Shown: positions 1 through 12,300, counted from the first letter of the stretch. The stretch: DNA of 59,444 bases from an uncultured bacterium (GCA_964535125.1 CAZHSN010000002.1:1-59444); one strand, 5' to 3'. A program made the numbers and translations. The notes: a model not told the origin generated them from the sequence alone.

Positions 1-2215
<2,215 letters not shown>

Positions 2216-2253
2216 GGCAACAGGATACCGCGACGGGAGCGCCGCTGTCAGCC

Positions 2254-3534
2254 TCAGGATTCGTGCCGCTCAAAAAACACGCGCTTGGCCTTGCCTTCCT
2301 GTCGGGGCAGTTCGCCGATCGCGAACACATCGCCCTGCGGCGTGAACCCCAGCGCCTCTTTCAGATGCTTCGCCACCAGGAAACCGGTCACCCCCGGCTC
2401 CGCCTCTACATTGATGCGTACGTCACGGACGCCGTTGATCTCCTCAATGATGATCTGATAGTTCGCGCCCACTCCGGGGATCTCCATCAGCGCCTGCTCG
2501 ACCTGCTTGGGGAAGAAGTTCACCCCTTTGACGATCAGCATGTCGTCCACGCGTCCGGTGATGGGGGCGATGCGCACGTGTGTGCGGCCGCACGCGCATG
2601 GTTCGCGGGAGAGGATGCGCGTCAAGTCGCCGGTTCGGAACCGGATGACAGGCAGCGCCTCGCGCGTCAAGGCGGTGACCGTCAGCTCCCCAAGCTCGCC
2701 ATCCGGCACCGGGCTGTTGCCGGAGCGCGGCAGGATCTCCACGATGTAGTGATCCTCCCACACATGCAGTCCGTTGTGCGCGCGGCAGTCCATACCCAGC
2801 GTTCCCACGCCTCCGGTCTCGGTCATGCCGTAGATGTCGAAGACTTCGATGTTCAGCCCATCGGCCAATTTGCGCTTCATCGCTTCGGAGAACGTCTCGG
2901 AACCGAACAGGCCCACCTGCAGGTCGGGCAACGCGGTGTTCATCTCGGCCAGCATCTCCATCACCCGCACGCCGTAGGAGACAACACCAGTAAGGATACG
3001 GGTTCGGAAGTCTCGCGCCAGCTTGATCTGGCGTACGGTGTTGCCAGATCCGGTGGGCAGTACGAACAATCCGGCGGCCCGTGCGCCGTGGTAGAAGCCG
3101 AAGCCGCCATTAAAGAGGCCGAACGACGGCGTTATCTGCACCACGTCTCCCACCGCTGCGCCGGCCATCCGATAGCAGCGAGCCATGCACTCGGCCCACT
3201 GGTCGATGTCGGTGTCCGTGTAGGGCATCACCACCGGCGCGCCCGTCGATCCAGAAGACATGTGCATATCGCGAACTCGGGAGCGGTCCACACAGAGCAG
3301 CCCCAGCGGGTAGTGATCACGGAACTCCTGTTTGCTCATAGTGGGCAGCAGCTGCAGGTCATCCAAGGTCCGCAGATCGCCGGGCTGGTAACCGGTTTGA
3401 CTCACATGCGACCGATACTCCGGGTTGGTGTCCCAAACTCGGTCCAGCACCGTGCGCAGGCGCCGTAACTGCAAGGCACGCAGTTCGTCAACGGGCAGGC
3501 ACTCCATGGAGGCCTGATAGTAACAGTCATGCAT
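2254..3534 (-). CDS. Phenylacetate-CoA ligase-like adenylate-forming enzyme (PaaK family)
   Basis: 426-aa ORF with SSGSTGAPVV (AMP-binding P-loop), YGMTETGG and the PaaK-like C-terminus RVDDMLIVKGVNFFP. It lies directly downstream of iorAB with an 8-nt overlap. An alternative ATG exists at 3507. Confidence 0.8.
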   Translation of the reverse strand: MHDCYYQASMECLPVDELRALQLRRLRTVLDRVWDTNPEYRSHVSQTGYQPGDLRTLDDLQLLPTMSKQEFRDHYPLGLLCVDRSRVRDMHMSSGSTGAPVVMPYTDTDIDQWAECMARCYRMAGAAVGDVVQITPSFGLFNGGFGFYHGARAAGLFVLPTGSGNTVRQIKLARDFRTRILTGVVSYGVRVMEMLAEMNTALPDLQVGLFGSETFSEAMKRKLADGLNIEVFDIYGMTETGGVGTLGMDCRAHNGLHVWEDHYIVEILPRSGNSPVPDGELGELTVTALTREALPVIRFRTGDLTRILSREPCACGRTHVRIAPITGRVDDMLIVKGVNFFPKQVEQALMEIPGVGANYQIIIEEINGVRDVRINVEAEPGVTGFLVAKHLKEALGFTPQGDVFAIGELPRQEGKAKRVFFERHES

Positions 3535-4111
3535 CGATTCGGCAGTCCTTTCCGGCTTGGAATGCGCTCCAGTTCGTCTCCCGATGCTCAGCAGGAATGA
3601 TGGTCTCCATCGCGCCGCGCCAGTGTGCTTCGTTCAACGGCAGATGGTTCGCCAGTGCGCCGGTCAGCACCATATTCGCGGTTCGCTCGCTTCCCGCGCG
3701 CCGGGCGATTTCACGCGCATCCAGGTACACGAGACGGGGGAACGCGCGGCGCAGGCGGTGGGGAATGTCGTCCGGCATGGTGGCCTGTCCGCTGGAAACA
3801 CTGACCGGAAGGATCGTAGTGGACGCGACCACCGCCACGCCATCCGCACGCAGATGGTGTGCCTGCCGCAGCGCTTCCGCCTGTTCGAAGGCCATCAGCA
3901 GATGCGCATCTCCTTCGGGGACCAGCGGCCCGGGCACACAGTCGCCCAGCCGCACATGGGCCACTACCGATCCGCCCCGCTGGGCCATGCCGTGGACTTC
4001 GTTGGTGCGCACATCCAGCCCTGCCTGCATCGCGGCGGCGGCGATGACACGCTCCGCCAGCAGAATTCCCTGTCCGCCCACTCCGGTGATGATGATATTG
4101 ATCAGGCTCAT
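3527..4111 (-). CDS. iorB: Indolepyruvate:ferredoxin oxidoreductase beta subunit
   Basis: Begins MSLINIIITGVGGQGILLAERVIAAAAMQAGLDVRTNEVHGMAQRGGSV (IorB/PorG-like). ATG 4111 overlaps the iorA stop (ATGA). The longer track ORF reaching 4324 would overlap the iorA coding region. Confidence 0.85.
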   Translation of the reverse strand: MSLINIIITGVGGQGILLAERVIAAAAMQAGLDVRTNEVHGMAQRGGSVVAHVRLGDCVPGPLVPEGDAHLLMAFEQAEALRQAHHLRADGVAVVASTTILPVSVSSGQATMPDDIPHRLRRAFPRLVYLDAREIARRAGSERTANMVLTGALANHLPLNEAHWRGAMETIIPAEHRETNWSAFQAGKDCRIDA

Positions 4112-5862
4112 TCGGTCACCTCGGCCCACTCCACAATGGCTCCATGCCGACAGGCCTGGGCGCACAACCCGCAGCCAGTACACAGGGCTGCGTTGATGGA
4201 GGGCGGGCCCGCACTGTGCTCGATTGCCGGACATCCGACGCGGAGACAGAGTCCGCAGTCCTTGCAGCGTTCCGCGTCGACCTGGCGCGCTGGTCCCAGG
4301 CGGGTGCGTTCCTTCAGCGGACACGGTGCATGCGACACGATCAGGCTGGGTGCGTCGGTGTGGATCGCCTCGCGGATCGCCGCCGTGACCGCCTTCATAT
4401 CATAAGGATCAACGGTCTGGATGTGGGTAAAACCGCACGCCGCAGCGACCTGCTCGATGGACGCGTCCATGGTGGCGTCACCCTGCAGGGTCCTGCCGGT
4501 TCCGGGGTGATCCTGATGGCCGGTCATCGCTGTGGTGCGGTTATCCAGCACCATCACATTGCAGCGTCCTTTGTTATATGCGATATCGAGCAAACCGGTG
4601 ACGCCTGAATGGAAGAACGTGCTGTCCCCAACGACTCCGACTACCGGACGCGTTTCACCGGCGCGCTCCATACCGTGCGCCATCGTGATCCCGGCTCCCA
4701 TGCACAGAATGGTGTCGGTGCGGTTCAACGGGGGGAACGCCGCCAGGCTGTAGCATCCGATATCCCCGGTGACGACCACATCGAACTTACCGAGCGCCGC
4801 GAACATGCCGCGATGCGGGCAACCCGGGCACAGCACCGGCGGACGGGGCGGGAGATCACGGGCTTCCGCTACCGGCTCCGGTAACGTCCGTTCCCGGCCC
4901 TCCAGGCGGGCGCGCACCTGCATGAGCCGGCCGGGAGTCAGTTCCCCCACACGGGGCACGATCGCCTTGCCGACGGCAGTGATCCCAAGGCTGCGGATAT
5001 GTTCTTCCAGGAACGGGTCTTGTTCTTCCACCACCAGAATCTGATCGACTGAGCGCGCAAATTGGCGGATCAACTGATCAGGAAACGGATAGCTCCAACC
5101 CAGTTTCAGAATGGACGCGTCCGGGAAGACCTCTTTGACGTAGCCATAGGCGGCCGACGCGGTGACAATGCCCAGATGGGCGCCGCGGCGCTCCATTCTG
5201 TTGAACCGGCACTCTGCGGCCTCCGCGGCCATGACGTCGATGCGCTCTTCCAGGCGCTGACGCATGGGGCGCCCCCAAACAGGGATCGGCACATAGCGCG
5301 GCGGGTTTTTCTCAAATCCTATGGGGCGCTTGGGCAGCGAACGCGGACCAGTAAGCAGGGGACCGCAGGAATGGCTGATACGCGTCGTGGAACGCAGGAT
5401 CACGGGCGTGGTGTGCCGCTCGGAAAGCTCCAGGCCGAAGATCGCCATCTCACGGGCCTCTGCGGCGTCGGATGGTTCCAATATCGGACAGCGGGCCAGC
5501 CGGGCATATTGCCGGGTATCCTGCTCTGTTTGGGATGAGTGCATGCCGGGATCGTCGGCCACACAGATCAGCAGCCCGCCCACCGGCCCGATGTAGGCCA
5601 GTGTCATCAGCGGGTCGGCGGCGACGTTCAGTCCCACATGCTTCATGGTTACGATGCAGCGCGCTCCGGCCATACTGGCGCCGGCCGCCACTTCCAACGC
5701 GACCTTCTCATTGGTGGACCACTCGCAGTAGACGCCCTCGTAAGTGGCCATCGCCTCCATGATCTCAGTAGACGGGGTGCCCGGGTAACCGGCCGCTACC
5801 GTCACTCCGGCCTCCCAGGCGCCTCGGGCGATCGCCTCGTTGCCGGATAACATGATTCGCAC
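4108..5862 (-). CDS. iorA: Indolepyruvate:ferredoxin oxidoreductase alpha subunit (TPP enzyme with 2x[4Fe-4S] C-terminus)
   Basis: 584 aa. N-terminus MLSGNEAIARGAWEAGVTVAAGYPGTPSTEI. C-terminal ferredoxin motifs CKDCGLCLRVGCP and CTGCGLCAQAC. Confidence 0.9.
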   Translation of the reverse strand: MRIMLSGNEAIARGAWEAGVTVAAGYPGTPSTEIMEAMATYEGVYCEWSTNEKVALEVAAGASMAGARCIVTMKHVGLNVAADPLMTLAYIGPVGGLLICVADDPGMHSSQTEQDTRQYARLARCPILEPSDAAEAREMAIFGLELSERHTTPVILRSTTRISHSCGPLLTGPRSLPKRPIGFEKNPPRYVPIPVWGRPMRQRLEERIDVMAAEAAECRFNRMERRGAHLGIVTASAAYGYVKEVFPDASILKLGWSYPFPDQLIRQFARSVDQILVVEEQDPFLEEHIRSLGITAVGKAIVPRVGELTPGRLMQVRARLEGRERTLPEPVAEARDLPPRPPVLCPGCPHRGMFAALGKFDVVVTGDIGCYSLAAFPPLNRTDTILCMGAGITMAHGMERAGETRPVVGVVGDSTFFHSGVTGLLDIAYNKGRCNVMVLDNRTTAMTGHQDHPGTGRTLQGDATMDASIEQVAAACGFTHIQTVDPYDMKAVTAAIREAIHTDAPSLIVSHAPCPLKERTRLGPARQVDAERCKDCGLCLRVGCPAIEHSAGPPSINAALCTGCGLCAQACRHGAIVEWAEVTE

Positions 5863-5948
5863 TGCGGATGCCTCTCTGGTGAACTGGGTGCCGCATGCAG
5901 CACCTGTTCAGTGTATGGCCTTCCGGAGGGCGGCTGCAAGGGACGCAG

Positions 5949-5978
5949 TTGCCCGTACCGCCCGCGAACCTGTATCAT
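5949..5978 (+). promoter_or_regulatory. Candidate sigma70-type promoter for the rhamnose mutarotase gene
   Basis: TTGCCC (5949-5954), an 18-nt spacer, then TATCAT (5973-5978), about 30 nt upstream of ATG 6009. A GGAGG RBS sits at 5996-6000. Confidence 0.3.
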
Positions 5979-6008
5979 GCAGGCATACATCCCATTGGAG
6001 GCGTTTTG

Positions 6009-6332
6009 ATGCAACGAGTCGGCATGTTGCTGAAAGTCAAGCCCGAAAAGCTGGACGAATACAAAAAGATCCATGCCAATGTCTGGCCGGATCTACTGGC
6101 CGAACTGAAAAAGGCCGGTATGCGCAACTACAGTCTGTGGCTGTGTCCCGACGGCACGGAATTCGGATATGTGGAAGTCGACGACTGGCAGGCCACGTGT
6201 GACTATCTGGCCACCAGCGACGTGCACAGCCGTTGGCAGGAGTATATGCAGAACTACCTCGACTCTCCCACAGCCGATGATCAGGGCGGTCAGCCGGTGC
6301 TGCTGTTGGAGATGAGCTTCCTGATGGAGTAA
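6009..6332 (+). CDS. rhaM: L-rhamnose mutarotase
   Basis: 107 aa: MQRVGMLLKVKPEKLDEYKKIHANVWPDLLAELKKAGMRNYSLW...SRWQEYM. It aligns by eye along the whole length of E. coli RhaM (YiiL). GGAGG lies 8 nt upstream of ATG 6009. The longer ORF from 5895 lacks this support. Confidence 0.85.
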   Translation: MQRVGMLLKVKPEKLDEYKKIHANVWPDLLAELKKAGMRNYSLWLCPDGTEFGYVEVDDWQATCDYLATSDVHSRWQEYMQNYLDSPTADDQGGQPVLLLEMSFLME

Positions 6333-6431
6333 CATGGCGATAAGCCGCTGAAACAGCCTGTACGGCTGTGTTACATTAATGGTGATAGGACGCATCCATG
6401 CGGATGGGCGCGTCGGCTCCGGACATGGAGG

Positions 6432-7568
6432 ATGTGGATGAAGAGCGCGGTGATAGCCGGCGCCATTGCGCTGGCGCTGTTGAGCCCAAGCGCAACATGG
6501 GCCGCCCGGTCAGCTGGAATGCGGGTCAACCCCAAAGACGGCGCAACCATGGTTCGCGTGCCGGCCGGGCCGTTCTGGATGGGCAGCCGGGCAGGTAGAG
6601 GCTTTTCGGATGAGCAGCCTGCCAAGAAAGTGACGCTGGGTGAATACTGGATCTACCGCACCGAAGTGACGGTGGCCCAGTACAGGCGTTTCTGTCGCGA
6701 AACCGGCCACCCGATGCCGAAGCCTCCGGTCTATGGCTGGAAGGACAATGCTCCCATTACCAACGTCAGCTGGTATGACGCATTGGAATACTGCAAGTGG
6801 GCAGGCGTCACCTTACCCACCGAGGCGCAGTGGGAAAAAGCGGCGCGCGGGGCTGACGAACGCGAATATCCGTGGGGAAACGAGTTCAACAGCTGGCGCC
6901 CCAAACTGGCGAATACGGCCGAGTACTGGAAACTGTACAAGACATCCACCGGCAACAACAGCCGTATCTATGAAACCGCTGCGGTAGGCTCGTTTCCGTT
7001 CAACCGGTCGCCGTACGGCGTGCTGGATATGGCCGGCAACGCCGCCGAATGGTGCGCCGACTGGTATCATCCGGACACCTACGGGAAGATGGCTGCCAAA
7101 GATCCCGCGGGTCCCAAGACCGGTGTGCACCGTGTGGTGCGCGGCGGATCAGTGGGATTCGAGGGGGACAACTCGTATGCCCGCGCCGCGTATCGGTGGC
7201 ACTGCCATCCTGCCGGCAGTTTTGACCGGGTGATCGGTTTCCGTCCTGTCTGGTTTGCCGGAGTGAAGCCCGGCGGCATCTCCAGTGATCTGTTACCCAC
7301 CTACAAGCGGCCTGCCGGCGCGACGGCTGCTGCCCCCGCAGCACCCGCTGCCGGCGGCATGCCGGGAGCGCCACGACCCGGCGGCGGCCCGATGGGTTAC
7401 TCGGGACCGCCCACGGGCGGTACCGGTGGTGGCGGCCCGGCGCCGATTGGCGGCGGTGGCGCATTGCCCGGATACGCGCCGCCGACTGGCGGCGCAGGCG
7501 GTGGAGGCACGCCCGCACCGATGGGTGGAGGCGGCACATTACCGGGATACCGACCACCGGGACAGTGA
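6432..7568 (+). CDS. Secreted FGE-sulfatase (SUMF1/formylglycine-generating enzyme-like) domain protein with a Gly/Pro-rich repeat tail
   Basis: Signal-like N-terminus MKSAVIAGAIALALLSPSATWA. FGE-type motifs include MVRVPAGPFWMGS, TEVTVAQYRRFC, NVSWYDALEYCKWAG, LPTEAQWEKAARG, NAAEWCADWY, RVVRGGS and GFRPV. The start is more likely ATG 6438, which has the better RBS spacing. Confidence 0.8.
   Translation: MWMKSAVIAGAIALALLSPSATWAARSAGMRVNPKDGATMVRVPAGPFWMGSRAGRGFSDEQPAKKVTLGEYWIYRTEVTVAQYRRFCRETGHPMPKPPVYGWKDNAPITNVSWYDALEYCKWAGVTLPTEAQWEKAARGADEREYPWGNEFNSWRPKLANTAEYWKLYKTSTGNNSRIYETAAVGSFPFNRSPYGVLDMAGNAAEWCADWYHPDTYGKMAAKDPAGPKTGVHRVVRGGSVGFEGDNSYARAAYRWHCHPAGSFDRVIGFRPVWFAGVKPGGISSDLLPTYKRPAGATAAAPAAPAAGGMPGAPRPGGGPMGYSGPPTGGTGGGGPAPIGGGGALPGYAPPTGGAGGGGTPAPMGGGGTLPGYRPPGQ
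7353..7565 (+). repeat. Coding tandem repeat, ~2.7 copies of a ~22-aa Gly/Pro-rich unit, at the C-terminus of the FGE-like protein
   Basis: Tail sequence GGPMGYSGPPTGGTGGGGPAPIGGGGALPGYAPPTGGAGGGGTPAPMGGGGTLPGYRPPGQ. The unit is P(I/M)GGGG(A/T)LPGY(A/R)PPTGG(A/T)GGGG. It is not a strict collagen G-X-Y repeat. Confidence 0.75.
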
Positions 7569-7590
7569 TCTGACCGATAGGAACTGCTTG

Positions 7591-7619
7591 GACAGGGGCG
7601 ATGGATCATCGCCCCTGTC
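7591..7619 (+). terminator. Perfect 12-bp hairpin downstream of the FGE-like gene
   Basis: GACAGGGGCGAT (7591-7602), loop GGATC, then ATCGCCCCTGTC (7608-7619). The trailing T-tract is weak (TCTGCGT). Confidence 0.55.
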
Positions 7620-7727
7620 TGCGTATGGGGGATCTGTGCATTACCCCCTGTTTGCTGTGAGTGTGAGGCGCTGATGCGATGTACATACCTGCTGGCAGGG
7701 ATCGCCCTGCTGTTGCTGGAGGCTATC

Positions 7728-9308
7728 ATGAGTGACGCCGCTCCGGCGTTTCGTGTGGGTGTCGAACTGCCCACCAACGTGCCCGCGAAGCCGGGAATCG
7801 AGCATGCGTTGCGCGAGATGGGCGTTCAGTACATCAACGCGTATGTGTTCAACGGCGAGTCCGGGCCCCGTACGCGATCGCCGGAACTGACCGCGCGGAT
7901 GGTGTCGCGGCTGGCGGAGAACCTGGGGATCGAGTATCAGCTGGCGTGCCACCACAAAGACGTTCCGGTGGAGGCGATCCGCGCCGTCGCGGACGATCCC
8001 CGCTTCCGCGGCGTGCTCATTGATGAGTTGGAACATATCAGGCTGCTGTGGCGACTGAACCCGCCGCCGGGTGAGTGGCTGATCGACATGGATGTCGCTG
8101 AGACCTGGGAAGAGGCCGGCGAACGGGCGTTATTGGGCTGGAGACAACTGGGACAGCGTTATGCGGACAAAGGCGTGACGCAGCTGACCTCTACACACGT
8201 GTGGCCGGTGCTGCTGCATACAGCCGCCCGCGCCGGTTGGATCCCCTGTGCGAAAATCTGCAAGGAGTTTTACTCGCCTGTCAGTCTGGCGGTCGGCATG
8301 GGCGCAGCCCGGCAGTATGGGCGTGAGTGCTGGGCCGACGTGGATATGTGGTTCTGGGACATGGTTCCCGGACACAGCCCTGAGGAGGTGTGGAGCAATC
8401 TGCTGCTGGCGTATTGGGCAGGGGTGGACTTGGTCTACCTGGAGGGATGCGGGTTCAACCTGTATCCCGCCGGACGACAGGGGTATCCGTTCTCGCTGAT
8501 GTCGGCCATCACCGATGAAGCGTATCAGTTAACACCGCACGGCGTGATGCTGCGGCGGTTCATCCGCGAGTACGTTCCCAGCCATCCGCGCCCATGGACC
8601 CATCGGGATCTGCTGCCGGATGTCGCGATCGTTCGGTTTGACGACTCGGATTGGGGTCAGGGACATCCCTCATTCGGTGAGGTGCTGTTCGGCTCCGAAC
8701 GGTTCAAGCCGGATGCCGATACCCGTGCCTGGCTGCACGCGTGGAACGTGCTGACGCTGGGTACGACCGGAACCGATGGGATCAGCTTTTTTAAGTCATC
8801 CATCCAGTATCCCCTTCATGAGTACAAACCCACACCGCACCAACGCGATTCGTACTTGACACGCCCGGGATATGCCGCCACGCATCCGTTCTTTGTGCCG
8901 TTCAACAATGTGGTCGTCTATGATCATCTCGCATCGGAAGCGGATCTGGCGGGAGTTCCCTGTCTGATCGTCACCGGTAAACTGCTGAGCGACACCACCT
9001 GGTCGGCCATCCGGAAGCGCGTTCAGGACGGCGCCGTCTGTCTGCTGTGGGCGCCGCTGGCCCGGAAACTGGGGATGGACGCGCCGGAGACTGGAAACCC
9101 GGTGCGGACCGATGGCAAGGGACGCTGGATGCTGGTGAATGACTTCGGCGACGCCGCCGTGAAGGACATGCTGGCGCCGTGGCTGCCTAAGCCGGACGTG
9201 ATCCGGTATCGGTTCCGCCAGGGTGATGTGGTGCTGCGTCAAGTTCCCGGTGATCCCAACCGGGTAACCGTAGAGATCGATGGGAGGCCCGCGGGGAAGC
9301 CCGACTGA
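7728..9308 (+). CDS. Hypothetical protein of unrecognised family, probably cytoplasmic
   Basis: Long ORF uninterrupted to 9308. ATG 7728 (MSDAAPAFRVGVELP...) has GGAGG 6 nt upstream. The track ORF starts at 7674. No diagnostic motif recognised. Confidence 0.6.
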   Translation: MSDAAPAFRVGVELPTNVPAKPGIEHALREMGVQYINAYVFNGESGPRTRSPELTARMVSRLAENLGIEYQLACHHKDVPVEAIRAVADDPRFRGVLIDELEHIRLLWRLNPPPGEWLIDMDVAETWEEAGERALLGWRQLGQRYADKGVTQLTSTHVWPVLLHTAARAGWIPCAKICKEFYSPVSLAVGMGAARQYGRECWADVDMWFWDMVPGHSPEEVWSNLLLAYWAGVDLVYLEGCGFNLYPAGRQGYPFSLMSAITDEAYQLTPHGVMLRRFIREYVPSHPRPWTHRDLLPDVAIVRFDDSDWGQGHPSFGEVLFGSERFKPDADTRAWLHAWNVLTLGTTGTDGISFFKSSIQYPLHEYKPTPHQRDSYLTRPGYAATHPFFVPFNNVVVYDHLASEADLAGVPCLIVTGKLLSDTTWSAIRKRVQDGAVCLLWAPLARKLGMDAPETGNPVRTDGKGRWMLVNDFGDAAVKDMLAPWLPKPDVIRYRFRQGDVVLRQVPGDPNRVTVEIDGRPAGKPD

Positions 9309-9310
9309 AG

Positions 9311-9340
9311 CCTCCGCCGGTCTTTTCAGACCGGCGGAGG
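9311..9340. terminator. Bidirectional hairpin terminator between convergent genes
   Basis: CCTCCGCCGGTC (9311-9322), loop TTTTCA, then GACCGGCGGAGG (9329-9340). This is a perfect 12-bp stem in the 45-nt gap between the stops at 9308 (+) and 9354 (-). Confidence 0.7.
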
Positions 9341-9353
9341 GGTGGCCTTACGG

Positions 9354-12300
9354 TCAGCGCGTCCAGTACGCCGAAGGCGCGTCTCCCATGGGGATCCGCC
9401 ACCAGTCGTTCTCTATCTCGGGTTTCTCCGTTCGGCCGGTGCTGAGCGTCACTTGCGCGGGAGCGGGCCATCGTTTACCGCTCAGCCATACTGCCGGGTG
9501 GGATCCCGGCATGACCTGCAGTGTCCAGCGTGCGCCTTCGCGATACACCCGTACCGATCCGTCTGTGCGGATGTCTCCGAAGTCCACCAGCGGTCCTCCG
9601 GTGTTCAACGCTTTCGGGAGTTCACGTGGCACGGGGACCGGCCGCGTCTCGGGGTCGAAGGTGATCTGACGTCCTCCATCGCGCACCACAACGGTGCCCA
9701 ACAGCGTTCGACCGGTTTTATCACGGTGACCACTGACGCCATACCGGCCTCTGGGTGAGTATAAGCCCAAGGCCAGTTGGTACCGGCCGTCGGGCAGGCT
9801 GTCCGGCAAGGTGATGAGGCGTTTCACGGTGTAGACCGTACCGGGCCGCCAGGCATTGGTGGGTTCTGGGAGCGCATGATCATCCTGAAACGCGATGCCC
9901 TCCGCACCGGCCCCGTCCGGGTGTACAAAGTGGACGAACACCAGCGCCGGTTCCGCCGTGGGTTCTCCGGTGGTCCACTGGTACGTGATCTCCGCGCGGC
10001 GCGGCGCGCTGGAATGGAATTCGCGGACGGCGACTTGCGCCGTATCGTTCAGCCTTTCTGACCAATGTCTCGGGTTGCGCGCATTGACGAAGAGGCTGTC
10101 CGGTGACTGCACGAAGTCGACGCGATACGGCCCCAGCCATCCGGAGACGGCTGTAAAACCGGGAGCGGCTGCTGCCCAGCAGTCGGTGCGGAGCCGGAAT
10201 CGTCCCTCTGTGATGCCTGCCTCCTCACGCGTCGCTGTTATGGTTAACCCATTGGAGTAGCGCACCCGCACGGTGTTCCACTCCTGACTGCGTGCGGCTT
10301 GTGAGGAATCTACCCACGCCCCGTTGAGCCGGTACTGGATGTCGCGCACCCGAACGCCCGCATAACGCTCGGCGACGGGACGGGCGAGGTGGTATTCCAA
10401 CCAGGCCAACGGCAGGTTGTTCCATGTGGGCGCCCCCAGGAACGCACAGTGCCCATGCGCCATCTGCTGCATCCTATAGCGGTCCAGCACGGGCATCGAC
10501 GGGGATATCCCCGGTTCTCCCGGCTGGTACCAGCGCTCGTAATAGCCCATTCCGTGGTTGGCCTGCAGCGGATGGATGCGTAACAGGTTGAAGTCCACCA
10601 TCAAGGGCGCGTCCATGCCTTCGTTGGCCGGATATCCCACTATGTACTGCGCCTCCACGCCATCCAGCAGGCCGCTCCAGTACCAGTGGTTCGCGCCTTC
10701 GCCAAACACGGGTCCGTTGAAGATACCGCGCTCATAGACGAACAGATCCCGATGGGCCGCGAACACCGCGGCGTGCATCCCCGTGTCAGGCTCCCCCGCG
10801 CGCTGATCCACATGAAACCAGGGCGGAACGGCCGAATGGACGTCGAGATAGCAGCTGTTGGTGTTATACCGTCGCTTGATTTCGGGGGATTGTGTCTGAG
10901 CCAGCGGCAATATGGCGGACGGGCGGACCGCAAAGGATTGGATCTGCGTGCCTTCGTTGAACCACGCCAGTTGGCGCTGCCCGTTGCTGTCCAGGGCTAT
11001 GTGTTCTTCGGTAAACCCCTCGAAGTTGGGGTAGTAGTCCACATAGTTTTCGTGCAGCATGATGCGCACGCCGCGTCGGGTGGCGCTGGAGACCAGACGC
11101 TTCATCGCCTCGTCACCGCCCAGCGACGCCATCGCCGGGTAGTGCGCGGGCAGCCCGTTATCATATCCATCGCGCTGCCATGCGTGAATAATGACCGCCA
11201 GCCGATCCATTCCGGCGTCCAGCAGCCGGTTCAGGTCGGTGCGTATCTCATCGAAATGTCCACCCCACACGTCAAGCACCATCCGGCCTCCCACATCAGC
11301 GATGTATGGAGACGCCGGATTGGGTATCCCCGGCAACGCTTCCGCCAGATACACAGACGGGGCGAAACAGACCGTATCATCGGCATTTCTGCGCGTACCG
11401 TCGGTAAGCGGCTGGTAGATGGCGCTGGCGCTCTGCGGATCGATCCCAGTACAGCGTGATCGGGTCCAGTCCACGTAGGCGCTGATAAAGAGCGATTGAT
11501 CGCGCAGATAGAGCACAGGAATGGCGAGGAACGGGACGGTCACATGCCGACGGAACAGCACAGGGCCAGGCATGCCGAACTCAATGCGCTCCAGCCAGGG
11601 TTGATCACAGGTGACCTGGAACGTCATCTGCTTGTCGCGCATCCGGGCGGTGGTCCGCAGCATGGCTGTCCTGGCGCCCCAATGCACACGGCGCTCCCAC
11701 ACGGCGCCGTCGTCGCCAACGGCTGTCAACTGACCGGTATCCATGCGGACGTCTGGCACAGACCAACTCAGCCGACCCGCTGAAGACAGGGGAACCGGGC
11801 CGCCGCCCGCAGGGCCGGTCAGCGTGACACGGCCCAGGGGGCTGGTCGGTTCCCCATCCGCGACTTGCCATGTATAGCGGTACGCGCCTTCCGGAGCCTG
11901 GCAGACGAACGACGCACTGTCGGCGGAGACGGTGACCCGCGCCCGGCCGCGTGTGTGTACCGACGGCAGGACGGTGGGAGCCGGAGCGCTCACGCTCTGT
12001 AAAGGCGGACTGGCGAAGCGCCTGCCCGGAGTCGAGGGCGCCGCGCCAGAGTAAACGATGCGGCGGTCACCCCATAGCGAGAAGTCGAAACTCGCGTCAC
12101 CGGCCGGTCCGGGATCGGTGACAAAGCGGACCGTGATGGTTCGCCCCTTCCATGGGGCGAGGTCGATCCGGAACGGCAGCCACTCCGCCGAGTCCGTTAC
12201 TGTCTGCCAGACATCGACTCCATCAATCAACACCCGATACTGCACCCCATCGGACTTGCCGTTACTGGCCGGCCCGATACAGACCCAGCCCTCCAAATGC

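Noticed and set aside
4112-4324. N-terminal 71-codon extension of the iorB track ORF
   Set aside because: It would overlap the iorA 3' coding region. The extension is Arg/Pro/Gly-rich, whereas the canonical IorB N-terminus (MSLINIIITGVGGQG) begins at ATG 4111 with an ATGA junction.
7353-7565. Gly/Pro-rich repeat considered as a collagen-like triple-helix region
   Set aside because: There is no sustained G-X-Y periodicity (runs of GGGG, PPTGG). It is better described as a low-complexity tandem repeat or linker.
10686-11459. 257-aa + strand ORF inside the 1097-aa minus-strand gene (similar cases at 19749..20528 +, 20875..21552 -, 26454..27194 -, 27392..28072 -)
   Set aside because: These are nested antisense or off-frame ORFs within much longer uninterrupted CDSs. 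They are expected by chance at this GC content.
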